A stretch of 64,000 nucleotides of DNA from positions 186,001 to 250,000 of the forward strand of contig CM120647.1 in assembly GCA_051362555.1 (NCBI GenBank), in the 5' to 3' direction. Origin of the DNA: Lingula anatina. Taxonomy: Eukaryota; Animalia; Brachiopoda. Position numbers and translations under genes: made by a program. Numbering within the stretch: position 1 is the stretch's first letter; the number at the start of each line of letters is the position of its first letter. Positions 63,467 through 64,000 of the stretch are shown piece by piece. Below the pieces are notes generated by a model. That model had not been told where the DNA came from. It did not search any database and saw only the letters and a program-made list of their open reading frames with translations.

Positions 63467-64000
63467 TTGTTATGTTTTCCTTTATAATTTTTTCTCAAAC
63501 ACTTGCATTTGTGACTTTTAACTCTCATCCGCCTGAGGCTCTGACATTTCTGTATTTCCACATAAGCAGTTGTATTGTTTTTTATGTCTTTAAACATTAT
63601 GTTACTTATGTAATATTATTTTATGCACTGTCATCATTTTTCAAATATTGAGACTTTCATCATGTGAATTTAAACTCATGGTCCTGAAACTGTTATCTTA
63701 TTGAAAGGGTAGATTGAGACCATCTTCTGGGTCTTCCGGAAGACAGTCAGGTTATTAAGTTTATATTGCCTGGTATCTATTTTTTCTTCTGTTGGAAGAC
63801 CATCAAAATGGAGGATGGATCAAAATAGATACTTTGGAATACTGTCAGAAAATATCTCTGGGTCATGTTATTGACCATTTTACCTGTTGTGCATGATTAA
63901 AATTCAGTGTTGACTGACAGTGCTATTATAAGCATTATTTATTATTGCATCAAAATTGACAAAATGACCTATTTTGCATCTTTATTTTCTGTTTTTTGTC

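Larger units (their letters stand above)
61730..64000. repeat. Degenerate ~335-bp tandem repeats, possibly the internal array of the preceding element
   Basis: TGGCATTTTCAAG..G.GACTT..A..TCCA.GGGC.TGAAG recurs at ~61735, ~62071, ~62401 and ~62739. TGCATCAAAATT-like blocks continue to the window end. Confidence 0.7.

Noticed and set aside
1-64000. Prokaryotic or viral system (defence island, retron, prophage) or autonomous TE
   Set aside because: Gene density is very low, introns are spliceosomal, and no RT, integrase, transposase or nuclease ORF appears in the six-frame track.

Overview
Animal (probably invertebrate) genomic DNA, not prokaryotic. It has spliceosomal GT-AG introns, microsatellites, many tandem repeats and non-autonomous DNA transposons. 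The only well-supported gene is a + strand multi-exon otopetrin (OTOP proton-channel family). Seven core exons (36325-36445, 39733-39877, 40148-40305, 44848-45058, 47161-47324, 48083-48636, 48855-49671) join in frame with matching intron phases and encode all 12 TM segments. With a phase-compatible upstream exon (ATG 11388 to donor 11485) the protein is about 755 aa. Further candidate alternative 5' exons lie at about 3.8, 6.8 and 30.8 kb. The protein is divergent: the Tyr of both predicted Q-N-Y constriction triads is substituted, and there is a ~210-aa phospho-site-rich inter-domain loop. Introns hold large tandem arrays, including an 8.5-kb 56-bp satellite with higher-order structure, and four unrelated arrays share the octamer GTATATCA. 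Candidate first exons of a downstream gene (possibly a tandem paralog) lie at 54.1 and 56.7 kb. I found no CRISPR array, RNA gene or autonomous transposase. No convincing wholly new system is demonstrable from sequence alone. The best leads are the altered otopetrin and its multi-promoter, satellite-laden architecture.
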